This document shows, one piece after another, positions 10,067 through 21,033 of a stretch of DNA of 64,000 nucleotides. The notes under the pieces were generated by a model. It made no database searches and was not told where the DNA came from. It saw only the letters and a list, made by a program, of their open reading frames with translations. Made by a program: the position numbers and the translations under genes. Position 1 is the first letter of the stretch, and each line of letters starts with the position of its first letter. Origin of the DNA: Elusimicrobiota bacterium (lineage in GTDB: Bacteria; Elusimicrobiota; Elusimicrobia; UBA1565; UBA9628); NCBI GenBank assembly GCA_027319565.1, contig DAHVNA010000001.1:159886-223885 (forward strand), given 5' to 3'.

Positions 10067-12280
10067 ATGAAGATATCTGCTCAAATTCTGTGGAGCCTTT
10101 TTCTTTTGATTTCTGCTCCCTTTTCTTATGCCGCTTCCGGCTGGGTTGAGGCGGATCCTGCGGGAGGCTTTTCAAAATATAACCCGGCGACCGTCGACCG
10201 GATTGAGTTTGGGAATCAATTTCAGAATCAGGGAATGGATCAATGGTGCGATCGATTCCCTCTCATCGTGCCCCTCAGTCAAGACTTTGTCAACGGTTTG
10301 GGGCCGGGAAGTTTGTTGGTCGGGGGAACTTTTTCGGGAACTAGACAATTTCTCCGCTATCCCGATGGCAGTCTTGCTCTCAACGATCAATTGGAAATTA
10401 AATTTCAAAGCGGATATGCGATGACCGCCGTCAAGAGCGCGGCAGGCATTTCTCAGAGGGCTTTAGGGGTTTACGCGGGGGTTTCCGTCGATGGGCAGTC
10501 GATTGTCACCCGTCCGCTTCACACCGCTGACTCTTGCAGCCAGGTCAAACGCCTTCTCAACGTGCTTGACTTTAAAACCGTTCTCCCGCTCAATGCCAAG
10601 AGAATTTCAAAAATGGAAGTGGGGGAATTGTGGGAAATTCCGCTGGTCTATCAGATTTCTTTTGAGCCTTTGGACGCGGCCCAGGTCCTGGAAACTCCGG
10701 GGTCTTTTACGCCTTTTTCCGCTTATTTCGCGATAGGCTTGTCTAAAACCGCGGACCCCACCGTGACTCTTTTTAGAAAATCTTCGCACGATTTGCGCCT
10801 CAAAATCCATTTCGATCAATTTAAGACCGTCAGCGCTTCCGGCGGAGCGGTCGTAGGGCCGATTCCAGCCACCGATATTGGAACTCCGGGAATTGAGTCG
10901 CTTTTATCGAACATGCTTCCGAATCTTATCTCGAATCCCGCGCTTAAACTTTTAACGCGAGAGGTGGATGATTATCTCGCGGCCCAGATTGCGGTTTTAG
11001 TCTCTCAAGAGCGCGGCGGGCAAATTTTACTCGAATACCGCTTGGATCCCGCCAATCAAAAACAGATGGAAGAACTCGCCAAGCTTTTGAAAGGCGATTT
11101 GAGCGTTCTTTCAGCGATGAAAAATCTGTTGGTCGACTGGAGGGGACGAGAAAACAAAGATATCGAAAAAACCCTCAACGCTTTAAGGCAAAGGCATTTG
11201 GAACATTTGCGCGTTTCCGAATCCTTGTCCGGTTTTGATCATTATCGACAGAGTCTTAAAACGCTCAATTTTTCGGTTCCGTTTCTTTTTAATTACAGCG
11301 GCTCGGTCGCGCGGAACACCGATCATTATGTGATCGCAGCGCCCCGAGGTCTTGAGTTCTATTCCTATAAGTCTCAAAAACAATCGAATTGGGGATTTTT
11401 AAAGCCCCCGATTGTGGGCTCTTCGTTGAGGCATAATCAGAGTCAAAGCGTGCAATCCCTTGTTTTTCTCAATGCGCGCCACGCTTCTAAAAATAAGGAT
11501 GAGCAATTAATAGTTTATAACCGGGAAACCGGCATTTTGCGCTTGGGAGATATCCAGCAGGAGTTGTCTCGAATTGATTCTTTGATTGCCTCTATCGGGT
11601 CTCTTCAAAATTTTCCGCCTGAGGCGGAAATTCCCAAAAAACTCAAGGATCTTGTTTCCGGTTCCGAACATAAAGGCTATGCGGAGTTAAGCGTGATTTT
11701 GACTCCAAAAGCGATTCATCAAATTATTTCTTCTTCCTCGGAATCTGTTCTCCGTGCCTTTGAGCTTTCGCTTTCCGGCGGCAACCGCGCGGTCTTTGAC
11801 TATGCCCTCAAATATTCAAGATTATCGGCCGATGGCAGCCTGCATTTTAAGCGTTCTTTTGTCCGACACTTGGACGAACTGAATTTGCCGGATCCAACCC
11901 GAAAAAGGCCGGAAATGGTTTTATCCAAGGCCGGGGTTTTATTTCACGAAGTCGAGCTTCTAATTTCTGATTTAAAGAGAGCGAAAAACATTCCTTCTCC
12001 GGAACAGCAATCAAAAGAGATTCTTAAGATATTGGACGGCAGTTCCCATTGGTTTGAGTCTTACTCTGGATATGGCCGGGTGGTTGAAGTTCTGTTGCGT
12101 CTTGCGCCGCGAGACGGGGTGGCCGCCGATTTGTTTTTCCATGTAGACAAAAAGAAAACCGATTCCTCAAACCCGAGCAAGCGCTATTTATTTAGCCCAG
12201 ATATTCTCAGCCAGGCTTCTCTGCGCGCGATTAGCGCCGTTGAGCGTTCCTTTATGCCGCCGACTTCGCTCAACGATTGA
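10067..12280 (+). CDS. Large exported hypothetical protein
   Basis: ATG 10067 gives signal peptide MKISAQILWSLFLLISAPFSYA; about 737 aa; no domain recognised. Confidence 0.7.
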   Translation: MKISAQILWSLFLLISAPFSYAASGWVEADPAGGFSKYNPATVDRIEFGNQFQNQGMDQWCDRFPLIVPLSQDFVNGLGPGSLLVGGTFSGTRQFLRYPDGSLALNDQLEIKFQSGYAMTAVKSAAGISQRALGVYAGVSVDGQSIVTRPLHTADSCSQVKRLLNVLDFKTVLPLNAKRISKMEVGELWEIPLVYQISFEPLDAAQVLETPGSFTPFSAYFAIGLSKTADPTVTLFRKSSHDLRLKIHFDQFKTVSASGGAVVGPIPATDIGTPGIESLLSNMLPNLISNPALKLLTREVDDYLAAQIAVLVSQERGGQILLEYRLDPANQKQMEELAKLLKGDLSVLSAMKNLLVDWRGRENKDIEKTLNALRQRHLEHLRVSESLSGFDHYRQSLKTLNFSVPFLFNYSGSVARNTDHYVIAAPRGLEFYSYKSQKQSNWGFLKPPIVGSSLRHNQSQSVQSLVFLNARHASKNKDEQLIVYNRETGILRLGDIQQELSRIDSLIASIGSLQNFPPEAEIPKKLKDLVSGSEHKGYAELSVILTPKAIHQIISSSSESVLRAFELSLSGGNRAVFDYALKYSRLSADGSLHFKRSFVRHLDELNLPDPTRKRPEMVLSKAGVLFHEVELLISDLKRAKNIPSPEQQSKEILKILDGSSHWFESYSGYGRVVEVLLRLAPRDGVAADLFFHVDKKKTDSSNPSKRYLFSPDILSQASLRAISAVERSFMPPTSLND

Positions 12281-13015
12281 TTAGAACCCGACGCCAATGT
12301 TAAGCTCGTAGCCGGAAATGCCATGGAATATCATGTAGGCTCCTCTGAGATCCACAAAGGGGAAAGGGGTGATGTCGATGCCGGCCGCCAAACGCGAACC
12401 CGTGGCTGTTGCCGCGAGCCCATCAAGGCCAGCGATTTGGGCCGTGTTGATTGTCGCTCTAGTGTCGTCAAAGCCCGCGCCGATAAAGGGCTGAACGATC
12501 GGCAGTCTCCAGATCGCGCTGAGGTCTCCTGATAAATGAGTCATCGAAAAGGCGCTGTCGTTGATCATGTCTCCCATCGCGGAAACCTCGACCGTCGGTA
12601 AAAAGAAAAGGAGGCGGGATGGAGTGAAGAGTCCATAGCGAAGGCCTCCACCTAAAACCGTCGCGCCATCGTAGCTAAATCCATGAGCTACGACGTCTAA
12701 ATGAAAGGGAAGCCCTAATGTTCCCTGAACCATTGGCAAGCCGAACGCCCCGGCGCCGCTGTTTTTTAGGACGATGTCATTTGAATTGGGGGCGGTTTGC
12801 GCTACTCCAACAAGTCCCAGGGAAAAACCGGGGAAACCATCCGGCGCTGTCGGGTCAAATTCCGCGCCTCCAAGAACTCCTCCGATATCGAGCGCAAAAG
12901 GCTTGAGCGCCTGGGAATTGATGAGTGACGAAAATTGATTAAAGGGTCCCGCCCAGGACCATAGCGGCAAAGATAACGGCATTAACGCCAACAAAAACAG
13001 AAATATTTTTTTCAT
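12281..13015 (-). CDS. Outer-membrane beta-barrel protein (DUF6588-like)
   Basis: Signal peptide, alternating beta strands, C-terminal Phe. Confidence 0.6.
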   Translation of the reverse strand: MKKIFLFLLALMPLSLPLWSWAGPFNQFSSLINSQALKPFALDIGGVLGGAEFDPTAPDGFPGFSLGLVGVAQTAPNSNDIVLKNSGAGAFGLPMVQGTLGLPFHLDVVAHGFSYDGATVLGGGLRYGLFTPSRLLFFLPTVEVSAMGDMINDSAFSMTHLSGDLSAIWRLPIVQPFIGAGFDDTRATINTAQIAGLDGLAATATGSRLAAGIDITPFPFVDLRGAYMIFHGISGYELNIGVGF

Positions 13016-13048
13016 GAAGAAAGGATATCAAAATTTTAGGAGAAATCT

Positions 13049-14251
13049 TTAATGAGATTTGAAAATGTCGGCTAAGGTCGTTAGTATGACGATATTTTTT
13101 GCCCCGGAATAGGACAGGCCGTTGATGAGGCGCATGGCATGTCTCCAGGATTTTTTGCAAGTATTGAGCTCGTTTGAATATTTGAGAATTTCATTGCGGA
13201 TTTCTTGCCGCATCGTCTTTGACCAATAACGCTTGGCCCTAGAATAGTTATCCTTGGCCTTTTGATATTTTTCCATGGACAATAAAAATTGCTTATGGCC
13301 GGAGTCGAGCAAATCCAGAACTTTTTCTTTGAGCGTTGGGGTGGGCAAGATTTCCAGTTTTTGCTTAGCTTTTTCCATTTCCACTTCCAGACGAGCTTTG
13401 AGAATCAGCGGTTCAGGAACGCTTCTTAGTTTTTTGGATAGACCGATAGCCTGGGTCGTCCACAGCCACCATTTGGTGATATCGAACTGATGCCAGTAAA
13501 TTCCATTTCTCCAATCCGCCGGAAATTTGTGATGAAAATTGTGATAACCCTCGCCGAATGTCAAAGGGGCTAAAAGCCAGTTGTCGCGAGCCGAGTTACT
13601 CATTGAATAGGGCTTTCCGCCCCAAACATGGGCGGCGGAATTAATCAGGAAGGTCATATGATGAACCACGACCATTCTAAAAAGGCCGCCCCATAAAAAC
13701 CCGCCGAGAGGGTGTCCCAAGATTAGGCCCAGCATTGTCGGCAGTCCAAAAGAGACCGCGACGACTAAAAAAGGGTACCAGCGGTCTTGCCAGAGAACAA
13801 GAGGATCTTTCGTTAAGTCCGGGGCGTTTTTCTTTCTCTGTTCCGCGAAGGGATCGGTGTAAAAAATCCACCCCATATGGGCGTAGAAAAAACCTTTTCC
13901 GATATTGTAGGGATCTTTTTCGCTGTCGACATACCGGTGGTGATCGCGGTGATCCGAGGCCCAGCTAAGAACTGAATTTTGGGCCGCCGCCGCGCCAAAA
14001 ATGAGATAGAAAAGCTGGAGGGGTTTGCCGCATTCATAGCTTCGATGGGAATAGTAGCGGTGGTATCCGGCGGTGATAGAAAGACCGGTGGCCAAATACA
14101 TAAGCGCGAACACGAAGAGATTGGCCCATGGAAATCCGTAATGGATTAAATACCATATCGCTCCCAAGAGAGCGGCGGTTGGAGTGGATGTCAGCCAAAA
14201 GAGATTGAGGTAGTTGATTTCTCTTTTTGGCTGTTGTGGTTGGGTCTCCAC
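13049..14251 (-). CDS. Delta-9 acyl-lipid/acyl-CoA fatty acid desaturase
   Basis: His boxes HRYYSH, HRDHH, HNFHH; GEGYHN; INSAAH. Confidence 0.92.
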   Translation of the reverse strand: METQPQQPKREINYLNLFWLTSTPTAALLGAIWYLIHYGFPWANLFVFALMYLATGLSITAGYHRYYSHRSYECGKPLQLFYLIFGAAAAQNSVLSWASDHRDHHRYVDSEKDPYNIGKGFFYAHMGWIFYTDPFAEQRKKNAPDLTKDPLVLWQDRWYPFLVVAVSFGLPTMLGLILGHPLGGFLWGGLFRMVVVHHMTFLINSAAHVWGGKPYSMSNSARDNWLLAPLTFGEGYHNFHHKFPADWRNGIYWHQFDITKWWLWTTQAIGLSKKLRSVPEPLILKARLEVEMEKAKQKLEILPTPTLKEKVLDLLDSGHKQFLLSMEKYQKAKDNYSRAKRYWSKTMRQEIRNEILKYSNELNTCKKSWRHAMRLINGLSYSGAKNIVILTTLADIFKSH

Positions 14252-14258
14252 AAAGGGC

Positions 14259-15572
14259 CTAGTAGCGGTAATTCTCGGTCTTGTAAGGTCCTTTGGGGTT
14301 AATTCCTAGATATTCCGCCTGTTTTTGATTGAGTTGCGTCAGATGAGCTCCGAGCTTATCTAAATGGATTCGCGCCACTCTCTCATCGAGCAGTTTGGGC
14401 AGGGTATAGACCTTGTTTTCGTATTTCTTATTCTCGCGATTGGACCATAATTCGATCTGGGCGAGAACTTGGTTGGAAAACGAGATGCTCATCACAAAGG
14501 AGGGGTGCCCCGAGGCGCATCCAAGGTTCACTAAGCGTCCTTCGGCCAGGACGATCAAAACTTTTCCATCCGGCCAGGTGAATTGATCGACCTGCGGCTT
14601 GACCGTCGTTCTTTTGAGTTTTTTGTCGTTCATTAAAGAAGCGACATCAATTTCAAGGTCGAAGTGCCCGATATTGCAGACGATCGCGTGGGATTTCATC
14701 GCGTCCATATGCTTTTTAGTGATGACATCGCAGCAACCGGTGGCGGTCACGAAAATATCTCCGATGGGAGCGGCTTCATCCATCGTGATGACGGAAAAGC
14801 CTTCCATGGAGGCTTGGAGAGCGGTAATAGGATCGATTTCGGTCACTAGAACTCGGGCCCCCATTCCTTTAAACGATTGCGCGCAGCCTTTGCCGACATC
14901 TCCATATCCGCAGACGACCGCGATTTTCCCCGCGATCATGACATCGGTGGCGCGTTTAATGCCGTCCAAAAGCGATTCTCTGCAGCCGTAGAGATTGTCG
15001 AATTTAGACTTGGTGCAGGAATCATTGACGTTAATGGCCGGAACCTTGAGTTTTCCTTGGGCCTCCCGTTGATACAGGCGATGAACCCCGGTCGTGGTCT
15101 CTTCCGACAAGCCGGCGATATCTTTTAAGAGATGGGGATACTTGTCGTGAATAATGTTTGTCAGGTCGCCGCCGTCATCGAGCAGAAGATTGGGGCCGAG
15201 TCCGCCTTCAAATTGGAGAGTTTGCTCAATGCACCAATCATATTCCTCAAGAGTTTCTCCCTTCCAGGCAAAAACGGGAATTCCCGCTTGGGCAATCGCC
15301 GCGGCGGCATGATCTTGAGTCGAGAAAATATTGCAAGAACTCCAGCGGACTTCCGCCCCCAATTGAATCAGGGTTTCAATTAAGACAGCCGTTTCAATGG
15401 TCATATGGAGGCATCCGGCGATTCGTGCCCCTTTGAGCGGTTTTTTGCCGCGATATTCCGCCCTTAAAGACATCAGCCCTGGCATTTCCGCTTCGGCTAA
15501 AGCGATTTCCTTTCTTCCCCAATCGGCAAGAGTGATATCTTTGACTTTGTAATCCATGGCGGCGGTCGGCAT
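14259..15572 (-). CDS. ahcY: Adenosylhomocysteinase
   Basis: [44 protein letters not shown] before ATG 15572. Confidence 0.97.
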   Translation of the reverse strand: MPTAAMDYKVKDITLADWGRKEIALAEAEMPGLMSLRAEYRGKKPLKGARIAGCLHMTIETAVLIETLIQLGAEVRWSSCNIFSTQDHAAAAIAQAGIPVFAWKGETLEEYDWCIEQTLQFEGGLGPNLLLDDGGDLTNIIHDKYPHLLKDIAGLSEETTTGVHRLYQREAQGKLKVPAINVNDSCTKSKFDNLYGCRESLLDGIKRATDVMIAGKIAVVCGYGDVGKGCAQSFKGMGARVLVTEIDPITALQASMEGFSVITMDEAAPIGDIFVTATGCCDVITKKHMDAMKSHAIVCNIGHFDLEIDVASLMNDKKLKRTTVKPQVDQFTWPDGKVLIVLAEGRLVNLGCASGHPSFVMSISFSNQVLAQIELWSNRENKKYENKVYTLPKLLDERVARIHLDKLGAHLTQLNQKQAEYLGINPKGPYKTENYRY

Positions 15573-15670
15573 AAATTTCTCCTTCCCAAGGCGAGACTTG
15601 GGCATTTTTTTACTAGCACTAACCACTTTATTGTAGCAAAACTCGCTATTGATGAGATACAATAAATGTC

Positions 15671-16264
15671 ATGAATAAAATCAACAGCCGTATTGCCGAG
15701 GAATTGACGGAAAGCGGGCGGGTCATCTCTCAGTCCGCTCAAATGGCCCCTTTGCTTGAGAAAGTAGCCGAAGAATTGGTGTCTTGTTATCGTCGCGGCA
15801 ACAAGATATTGACTTTTGGAAATGGCGGATCGGCTTGCGATGCCCAAAATTTCGCCGACGAACTCGTTGGCCGTTTCGAGCGCAATCGCCCACCCCTTCC
15901 GGCATTGGCTTTGACCACTAACACTTCGGATCTCACCTCAATATCCAACGATTTCGGTTATGAGGTTGTCTTTGCAAGGCAACTTGAGGCCCATGCCAAG
16001 CCCGGAGATATCGCGGTGGCGATATCGACCTCGGGAAACTCCAAAAATGTCCTTTTGGCCGCAGAAGCGGCAAAAAAATTAGGGCTTTTAGTCATCGGTC
16101 TTTCTGGAGAAAGCGGGGGGAAACTCAAAAATATCGCTGACTTCTGCGTTTGCGTCCCGTCTAAGACCGTCGCGCGCATCCAAGAGGCGCATATCGCCAT
16201 CATTCAAATCTGGTGCGGGATTATTGAGGACTCTCTTTTCCCGAATGCGCCAAAAGCCCATTGA
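15671..16264 (+). CDS. gmhA: D-sedoheptulose 7-phosphate isomerase
   Basis: GNGGSA, NDFGY, STSGNS, RIQEAH. Confidence 0.95.
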   Translation: MNKINSRIAEELTESGRVISQSAQMAPLLEKVAEELVSCYRRGNKILTFGNGGSACDAQNFADELVGRFERNRPPLPALALTTNTSDLTSISNDFGYEVVFARQLEAHAKPGDIAVAISTSGNSKNVLLAAEAAKKLGLLVIGLSGESGGKLKNIADFCVCVPSKTVARIQEAHIAIIQIWCGIIEDSLFPNAPKAH

Positions 16265-16743
16265 GACCGGCGATGGGAGAGATCGTTTCTTTAAAGACAG
16301 CCGCGCTGATCCGCCAAAGCCTGAAAAAAAAACATAAGACGGTTGTTTTTACCAATGGAGTCTTCGATATTTTGCACGCCGGTCATGTTCAGGTTCTGGA
16401 GCGGGCTAAAAAAATGGGAGATGTTTTAATTCTAGGCCTTAACCGCGATGAGTCGGTTCGCCTATTGGGAAAAGGCCCGGGCCGCCCGCTCAACCGCTTT
16501 AAAGACCGTGCCCGAGTTTTAGCGGCATTGTCGGCTGTTGACTACGTCGTTGGGTTTAAGGAAAAAACCCCTGAGAAGACGATTCGGGTTTTAAGGCCCG
16601 ATATCCTGGTTAAGGGCGCCGACTATTCAAAAAACCAAATCGCGGGCGCCGCCTTTGCCGGGAAAGTCGTCCGTATCGCGCTTAAAAAAGGCTATTCAAC
16701 GACAGCCCTGGTCAAAAAAATTCAGGGGTTATCCGCCGCCTGA
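16261..16743 (+). CDS. rfaE2: D-glycero-beta-D-manno-heptose 1-phosphate adenylyltransferase
   Basis: FTNGVFDILHAGH, LVKGADY, STT. Confidence 0.93.
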   Translation: MRPAMGEIVSLKTAALIRQSLKKKHKTVVFTNGVFDILHAGHVQVLERAKKMGDVLILGLNRDESVRLLGKGPGRPLNRFKDRARVLAALSAVDYVVGFKEKTPEKTIRVLRPDILVKGADYSKNQIAGAAFAGKVVRIALKKGYSTTALVKKIQGLSAA

Positions 16744-17273
16744 GTTTTCGCCGGTTTCTTTTTTTGGCGCGTTTTTGACTGGGGCGATTTAATTTTTTCC
16801 TTGCCCTTATTATTGGCGTTTAATTTTTCAAGCTCCGCGATTTTCTCTTGCGCTTTTTTAACGTCTTTGAGTAGCGGGCTTGAAGGGTGGGATTTTTCAA
16901 ACGCGCTTAGATCCGCTTGGGCTTGTTTGAGCTTTCCGGAGACGACTTCCTTAACGGCGGCGGCGAATTCCTTTCGTTCTTTGAGAGTTTGTTCTCTTTG
17001 GGAAACATTAGATTTCTCCCAAGTTGGTTGATTGAGTTTGGAGAGGTCTTGTTTGCTTCCGCGCACAGCCGCGACCGCGACTAAGTCGTTTCTATTTTCG
17101 TAGCTTTGTCCTACCGATGAGGCGGAGAGGCTTTGTTCCAGTTGAGTAAACCAATTCATCAGTAGTGTCGTGGTCGATTGCGCTTTTTGAGGCGGTGGCG
17201 CCTGTCCTTCGTCAGCCTTCGATGAACCGACGGCGAAGACGCTCAACGCGAGCGCAAGGATTATTTTTTTCAT
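16722..17273 (-). CDS. Exported hypothetical protein
   Basis: Signal peptide; VAAVRG motif; TPR-like C-terminal helix pair; overlaps the stop of the NHL-repeat gene. Confidence 0.65.
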   Translation of the reverse strand: MKKIILALALSVFAVGSSKADEGQAPPPQKAQSTTTLLMNWFTQLEQSLSASSVGQSYENRNDLVAVAAVRGSKQDLSKLNQPTWEKSNVSQREQTLKERKEFAAAVKEVVSGKLKQAQADLSAFEKSHPSSPLLKDVKKAQEKIAELEKLNANNKGKEKIKSPQSKTRQKKKPAKTQAADNP

Positions 17274-20200
17274 GGGTTTCCCTCCTGAAAATTCTTGACC
17301 AGGATCTCAACCGAAGGGCCGTAGGAGGGGTCAAGCTCCTGTATCTGTTTTGCGGATTCGGAAACTTTCCGCGCGTTTTTAAGATGGATTTCGGTTTTAA
17401 GGAAGTTCATCCAGATATCGGGATTGCCGGGGTCGTTGAGCGCGGCTTTCTTATACCAACTCTCGGCCTTATGGTATTGGCGCTTTAAAAAGTCGATGTT
17501 TCCAAGATCGTTATAGGCGGCCGGGCTTGTGGAGCTAATGGCCAAGGCCGATTTAAAACTTTTCTTGGCGGCACTGATATTTCCATCTTCATACTCCCAA
17601 ACCCCCAAGGCCAGGCGCGGATCGATGAGAGAGGGGTTTTCGGCGATTTTTTCTTCAAGCCTTTTCCGAATTGATCGGTAGGCCGCATGAAAGAGATTTT
17701 CGGAATTTTCTTTGACGAATTTATCGACCGCTTCCATATTCGGTATCTCCACCTTCCAGTCAGTGGGCGGCATGGTCACGGGCTCATATGTTTCCCAGGC
17801 TTTTCGCACATCGATGATATGAACGTCGCCTTTCTTTGACTCGGTTTTATAAGAATAGGCGGCGTTTCTTACGGCGTCGATAAAAGATTTTCCTATCAAT
17901 GTCGACTCGACAGGGACCCAATAGGTTCCCTCATAACTAATCAAGCTGTCCTTAGGAAAAGCGGCATCGGTCCAAGAGGAGGCGCGGGTATCAAACATAA
18001 AGGCCATATGCCCTGGATAGTCGATAATGGCGGCGTGAACATTGTCCGCGTCAAGCATGGAGATGAATAGAGTCGTTAAATCGTCGCATTGTCCGCTTTT
18101 TCGCCGAAGAGTTTCCCGTGGAAATTGCGCATAGTCAATCGGGAAATTGGGGTTGGTTGAAATTTTCTCAAAGGAGTTCGTCGGGTTTTCCGCGTATTGC
18201 ATGCCGTAAACCCCTAAGGCTTCCCACAAACGCATGGCGGCCAAAACATTGGAATTGAGGGCTGAGGCATCGGGAAAATTTTCCTGATGATTGAGAATCT
18301 CTCTCTCAAAATCAAATACGGGCGTATCGTTGGGAGTGATGAAATTGGCGATTCGGCGCGGGTCTTGCCAGGTAATGGCATTGCGGGAATAGACGGTCAG
18401 CGGCTGGGCAAGAGAGATCGTTTTCTTTTTGTTTTTTTCGAAATAGGTCAGCGTCAATTTCGCCTGAATGGGAGTTTCCTCCGTGACATCGAGGATGGTA
18501 TTGTTTAAAGTCGCGATCAGAGGGACGACAATCGAGGACATGGAGTCCAATTTTTTAATGCGTATGTCGTATCCAAAGTCCATGTAATTTTTGATCTGGA
18601 AGGTCAGCTTGAGGTCGTTAAACGGCACATCGGAATTGTTCGTGATGGTGGCCGAGCCGATGGGATTTTTTAAATACCACTTATAGTTGGCCGGGAATAT
18701 TCCGGACAATGTTATAGAGGAGATGGAGATTTTCGGGCGGTTGGCGCTTTCCCCATCAATGGCCTTGATCGCCCGGCTTTGCGTGCCAATATCTCCGGTT
18801 TTCGCCTCGGTGGCCAATCGGTAGTAATAGACCTGTCCTGATTGGGCGCTAGAGTCTGTAAAGTGATTTTTATCGGTTGTCCCAATTTGCATGAAGTTTT
18901 CATAGCGCTTGTCGGAGCGGTAAATAAGGTAATCCTTGGTCCATGAATTTTTGACCGGTTCCCAGGAAAGCTCTATGACGCCTTCTTTGGCGGCGGTTGA
19001 TATCGAAAGAGGGGCGGATAGGGAAGGGTGGATATGAAATGAGAGGATATGTTTTTGCAATCGGTCTGAAATTCTCAGAACTTGCTTGTCTACCGATAGA
19101 GAGACGGGATCTCCAATTAAACTGCCCGAAAAGAAATCCATAATCCAGCGTCCATTGGTCGAAAAAGAAGAGACGCGCTTGAGAGCATGGTCTAGGACAT
19201 AGATGTAGTTTTCTCCATCAAAAGCCAAGGCGATTGGATCTTCGAATTTTCCGGGAGCTTCGCCCATTTCTCCCCAGGAGCTGATGAGTTCTCCGGAAGG
19301 ATTGCATTTAAACACCTTTTTAAGTTCCCGGTCGAGGAAATAGACAAATCCCGCGTTGTCCCAGGCGACAGAGACCGGCTTTTCAAGTTCAAAAGAGCCG
19401 AGTTTAGGGCCAATTGAAAAGAGAAAAACTCCGTCTGGGGTATAGGCATCGACCCGGTGATTTCCCGGATCGGCGATATAAACCGTTCCCGCACCATTGA
19501 CCGCAAGCCCCAAGGGCTTTCGCACGCGCCCTTCTTTTGAGAGCCCATCAAACCAACCGCTGGGCTGCGCGATATTTTTGTCCCATTTCCAAGCGCCGGA
19601 GGAATCTGAGACAAAGTGTTCTATGCGGTGTCTGGGCGCGTCTGAAACGTAAAGCCCAAGGGTCGGATCAAGAGCAAGGCCGGTCGCTTTCCATGTTTGA
19701 TCGTCTTTTTTGCCTTTTTTCCCGAATTGAGAGAGAACATTTCCCGAAGAATCGAGAACGGCAAATTTCCCTTTTTTCGGCAAATAAATATAGGTGCTCG
19801 ATTGGTTGATCAAAATCGGGTTGGCTGAAAAATTCCAGATGGCATCCGGCCCCGAGGGAAATAGCTTGGTGGTGGCGCTGGGATGAATGGGGTGAATCTT
19901 GAATTTGTTGGCCACTGAAACGAGATCCACGGTCTTTTTTCCGCCGTCTAGGATAACCAGATTTCCGTTTTGGGCTATATCAATTGATTTTAGCCTTTTA
20001 AATTGCCCGGCTCCCGAGCCGCGGCTCCCAAAATGCCCTAACTCGGCGCCGTCCGGGCCCCATTCCGTGACCCTTCCTCTGGCCGCGGAAATTCCATAGA
20101 TAAAACCATAGCGATCGACCGCAAAATCTTGTCCGTTAAATGGAATGGCGACTAAAAAATGGGCGGAGGAGTCAAACTCCTCAATGCGTTCGTTCGAGCG

Positions 20201-20764
20201 ATCGAGGACGTAAATTCTGTCGGAGGCGTCAACGGCGATTTTGTCGGGTCTGGACCATTGCCCCGGCAGCGATCCCTTTTCTCCAAACCAAAAAAGAAAC
20301 AAGCCGTCGGGAGTGAAGACCTCGATTTTTCTGTTTCCCGTGTCGGCGACATAGATCCGCCCGTCCGCTCCGATGGCAATGGAGCTGGGGTCGTCAAATT
20401 GTCCGGCTCGGGAGCCCGGCATTCCCATGGAGAACAAGAATTTGCCGTCGCGATCGTAAGCCCTTAAAACGGAATTGCCGGTATCTGCGACATAAACTTT
20501 GTCGTTTGCTACAGCCAGCCCTTCGGGGTAGCGCAAGCGGGCGGTTTTTTTTGAACTGAGATCGGCGAGTTTGCCGCTCTTGTCATAAACCAAGAGGCGT
20601 CCCTTTTCATCAAGGACGTAATATCGGCCTAGGGCGGCGCGGACGGAAATTGGCTCTTTGGCCTCTGAGACCGAAAAAGAGGGGAGAAAATGAACGGTGT
20701 CGTAACTCCATGTGATAGAGGGCAACGCAATGAGCAGATAGGCGAGGATTGTTTTTGTTTTCAT
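17270..20764 (-). CDS. Exported NHL-repeat / FN3 / transglutaminase-like / TPR protein
   Basis: Repeated P.GIA....IYVADTGN NHL units; LSW..Y.IYRS..FTD..YYY FN3; GQCDD..PGH..VEST; C-terminal TPRs. Confidence 0.85.
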   Translation of the reverse strand: MKTKTILAYLLIALPSITWSYDTVHFLPSFSVSEAKEPISVRAALGRYYVLDEKGRLLVYDKSGKLADLSSKKTARLRYPEGLAVANDKVYVADTGNSVLRAYDRDGKFLFSMGMPGSRAGQFDDPSSIAIGADGRIYVADTGNRKIEVFTPDGLFLFWFGEKGSLPGQWSRPDKIAVDASDRIYVLDRSNERIEEFDSSAHFLVAIPFNGQDFAVDRYGFIYGISAARGRVTEWGPDGAELGHFGSRGSGAGQFKRLKSIDIAQNGNLVILDGGKKTVDLVSVANKFKIHPIHPSATTKLFPSGPDAIWNFSANPILINQSSTYIYLPKKGKFAVLDSSGNVLSQFGKKGKKDDQTWKATGLALDPTLGLYVSDAPRHRIEHFVSDSSGAWKWDKNIAQPSGWFDGLSKEGRVRKPLGLAVNGAGTVYIADPGNHRVDAYTPDGVFLFSIGPKLGSFELEKPVSVAWDNAGFVYFLDRELKKVFKCNPSGELISSWGEMGEAPGKFEDPIALAFDGENYIYVLDHALKRVSSFSTNGRWIMDFFSGSLIGDPVSLSVDKQVLRISDRLQKHILSFHIHPSLSAPLSISTAAKEGVIELSWEPVKNSWTKDYLIYRSDKRYENFMQIGTTDKNHFTDSSAQSGQVYYYRLATEAKTGDIGTQSRAIKAIDGESANRPKISISSITLSGIFPANYKWYLKNPIGSATITNNSDVPFNDLKLTFQIKNYMDFGYDIRIKKLDSMSSIVVPLIATLNNTILDVTEETPIQAKLTLTYFEKNKKKTISLAQPLTVYSRNAITWQDPRRIANFITPNDTPVFDFEREILNHQENFPDASALNSNVLAAMRLWEALGVYGMQYAENPTNSFEKISTNPNFPIDYAQFPRETLRRKSGQCDDLTTLFISMLDADNVHAAIIDYPGHMAFMFDTRASSWTDAAFPKDSLISYEGTYWVPVESTLIGKSFIDAVRNAAYSYKTESKKGDVHIIDVRKAWETYEPVTMPPTDWKVEIPNMEAVDKFVKENSENLFHAAYRSIRKRLEEKIAENPSLIDPRLALGVWEYEDGNISAAKKSFKSALAISSTSPAAYNDLGNIDFLKRQYHKAESWYKKAALNDPGNPDIWMNFLKTEIHLKNARKVSESAKQIQELDPSYGPSVEILVKNFQEGNP

Positions 20765-21033
20765 GATAACACGAGCATATCAATTTTTTGAGCTTTTTAG
20801 TCAATCAAGTCAATCTAAAACCAAAGTATAATGGGAAAATCGCGCTTTTTCAAGTGGGGATACTGCTAAAGCGGCGTTGTGGATATCTCCCGGCAACAAA
20901 AAGGAATCTTCCTTAGCTTCGGTCTAATGGACCGCTGAATTAAGCCAACCGCGTTTGCGGGCTTCTAGGATTTCGGCGGTATAGGCCTCTTTTAGTTTGC
21001 CCAATCTGCCTGCTATTGAGTATGATAGGCTGA

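Noticed and set aside
15573..15670. SAH riboswitch upstream of ahcY
   Set aside because: The short AT-rich gap is occupied by divergent promoters and shows no matching structure
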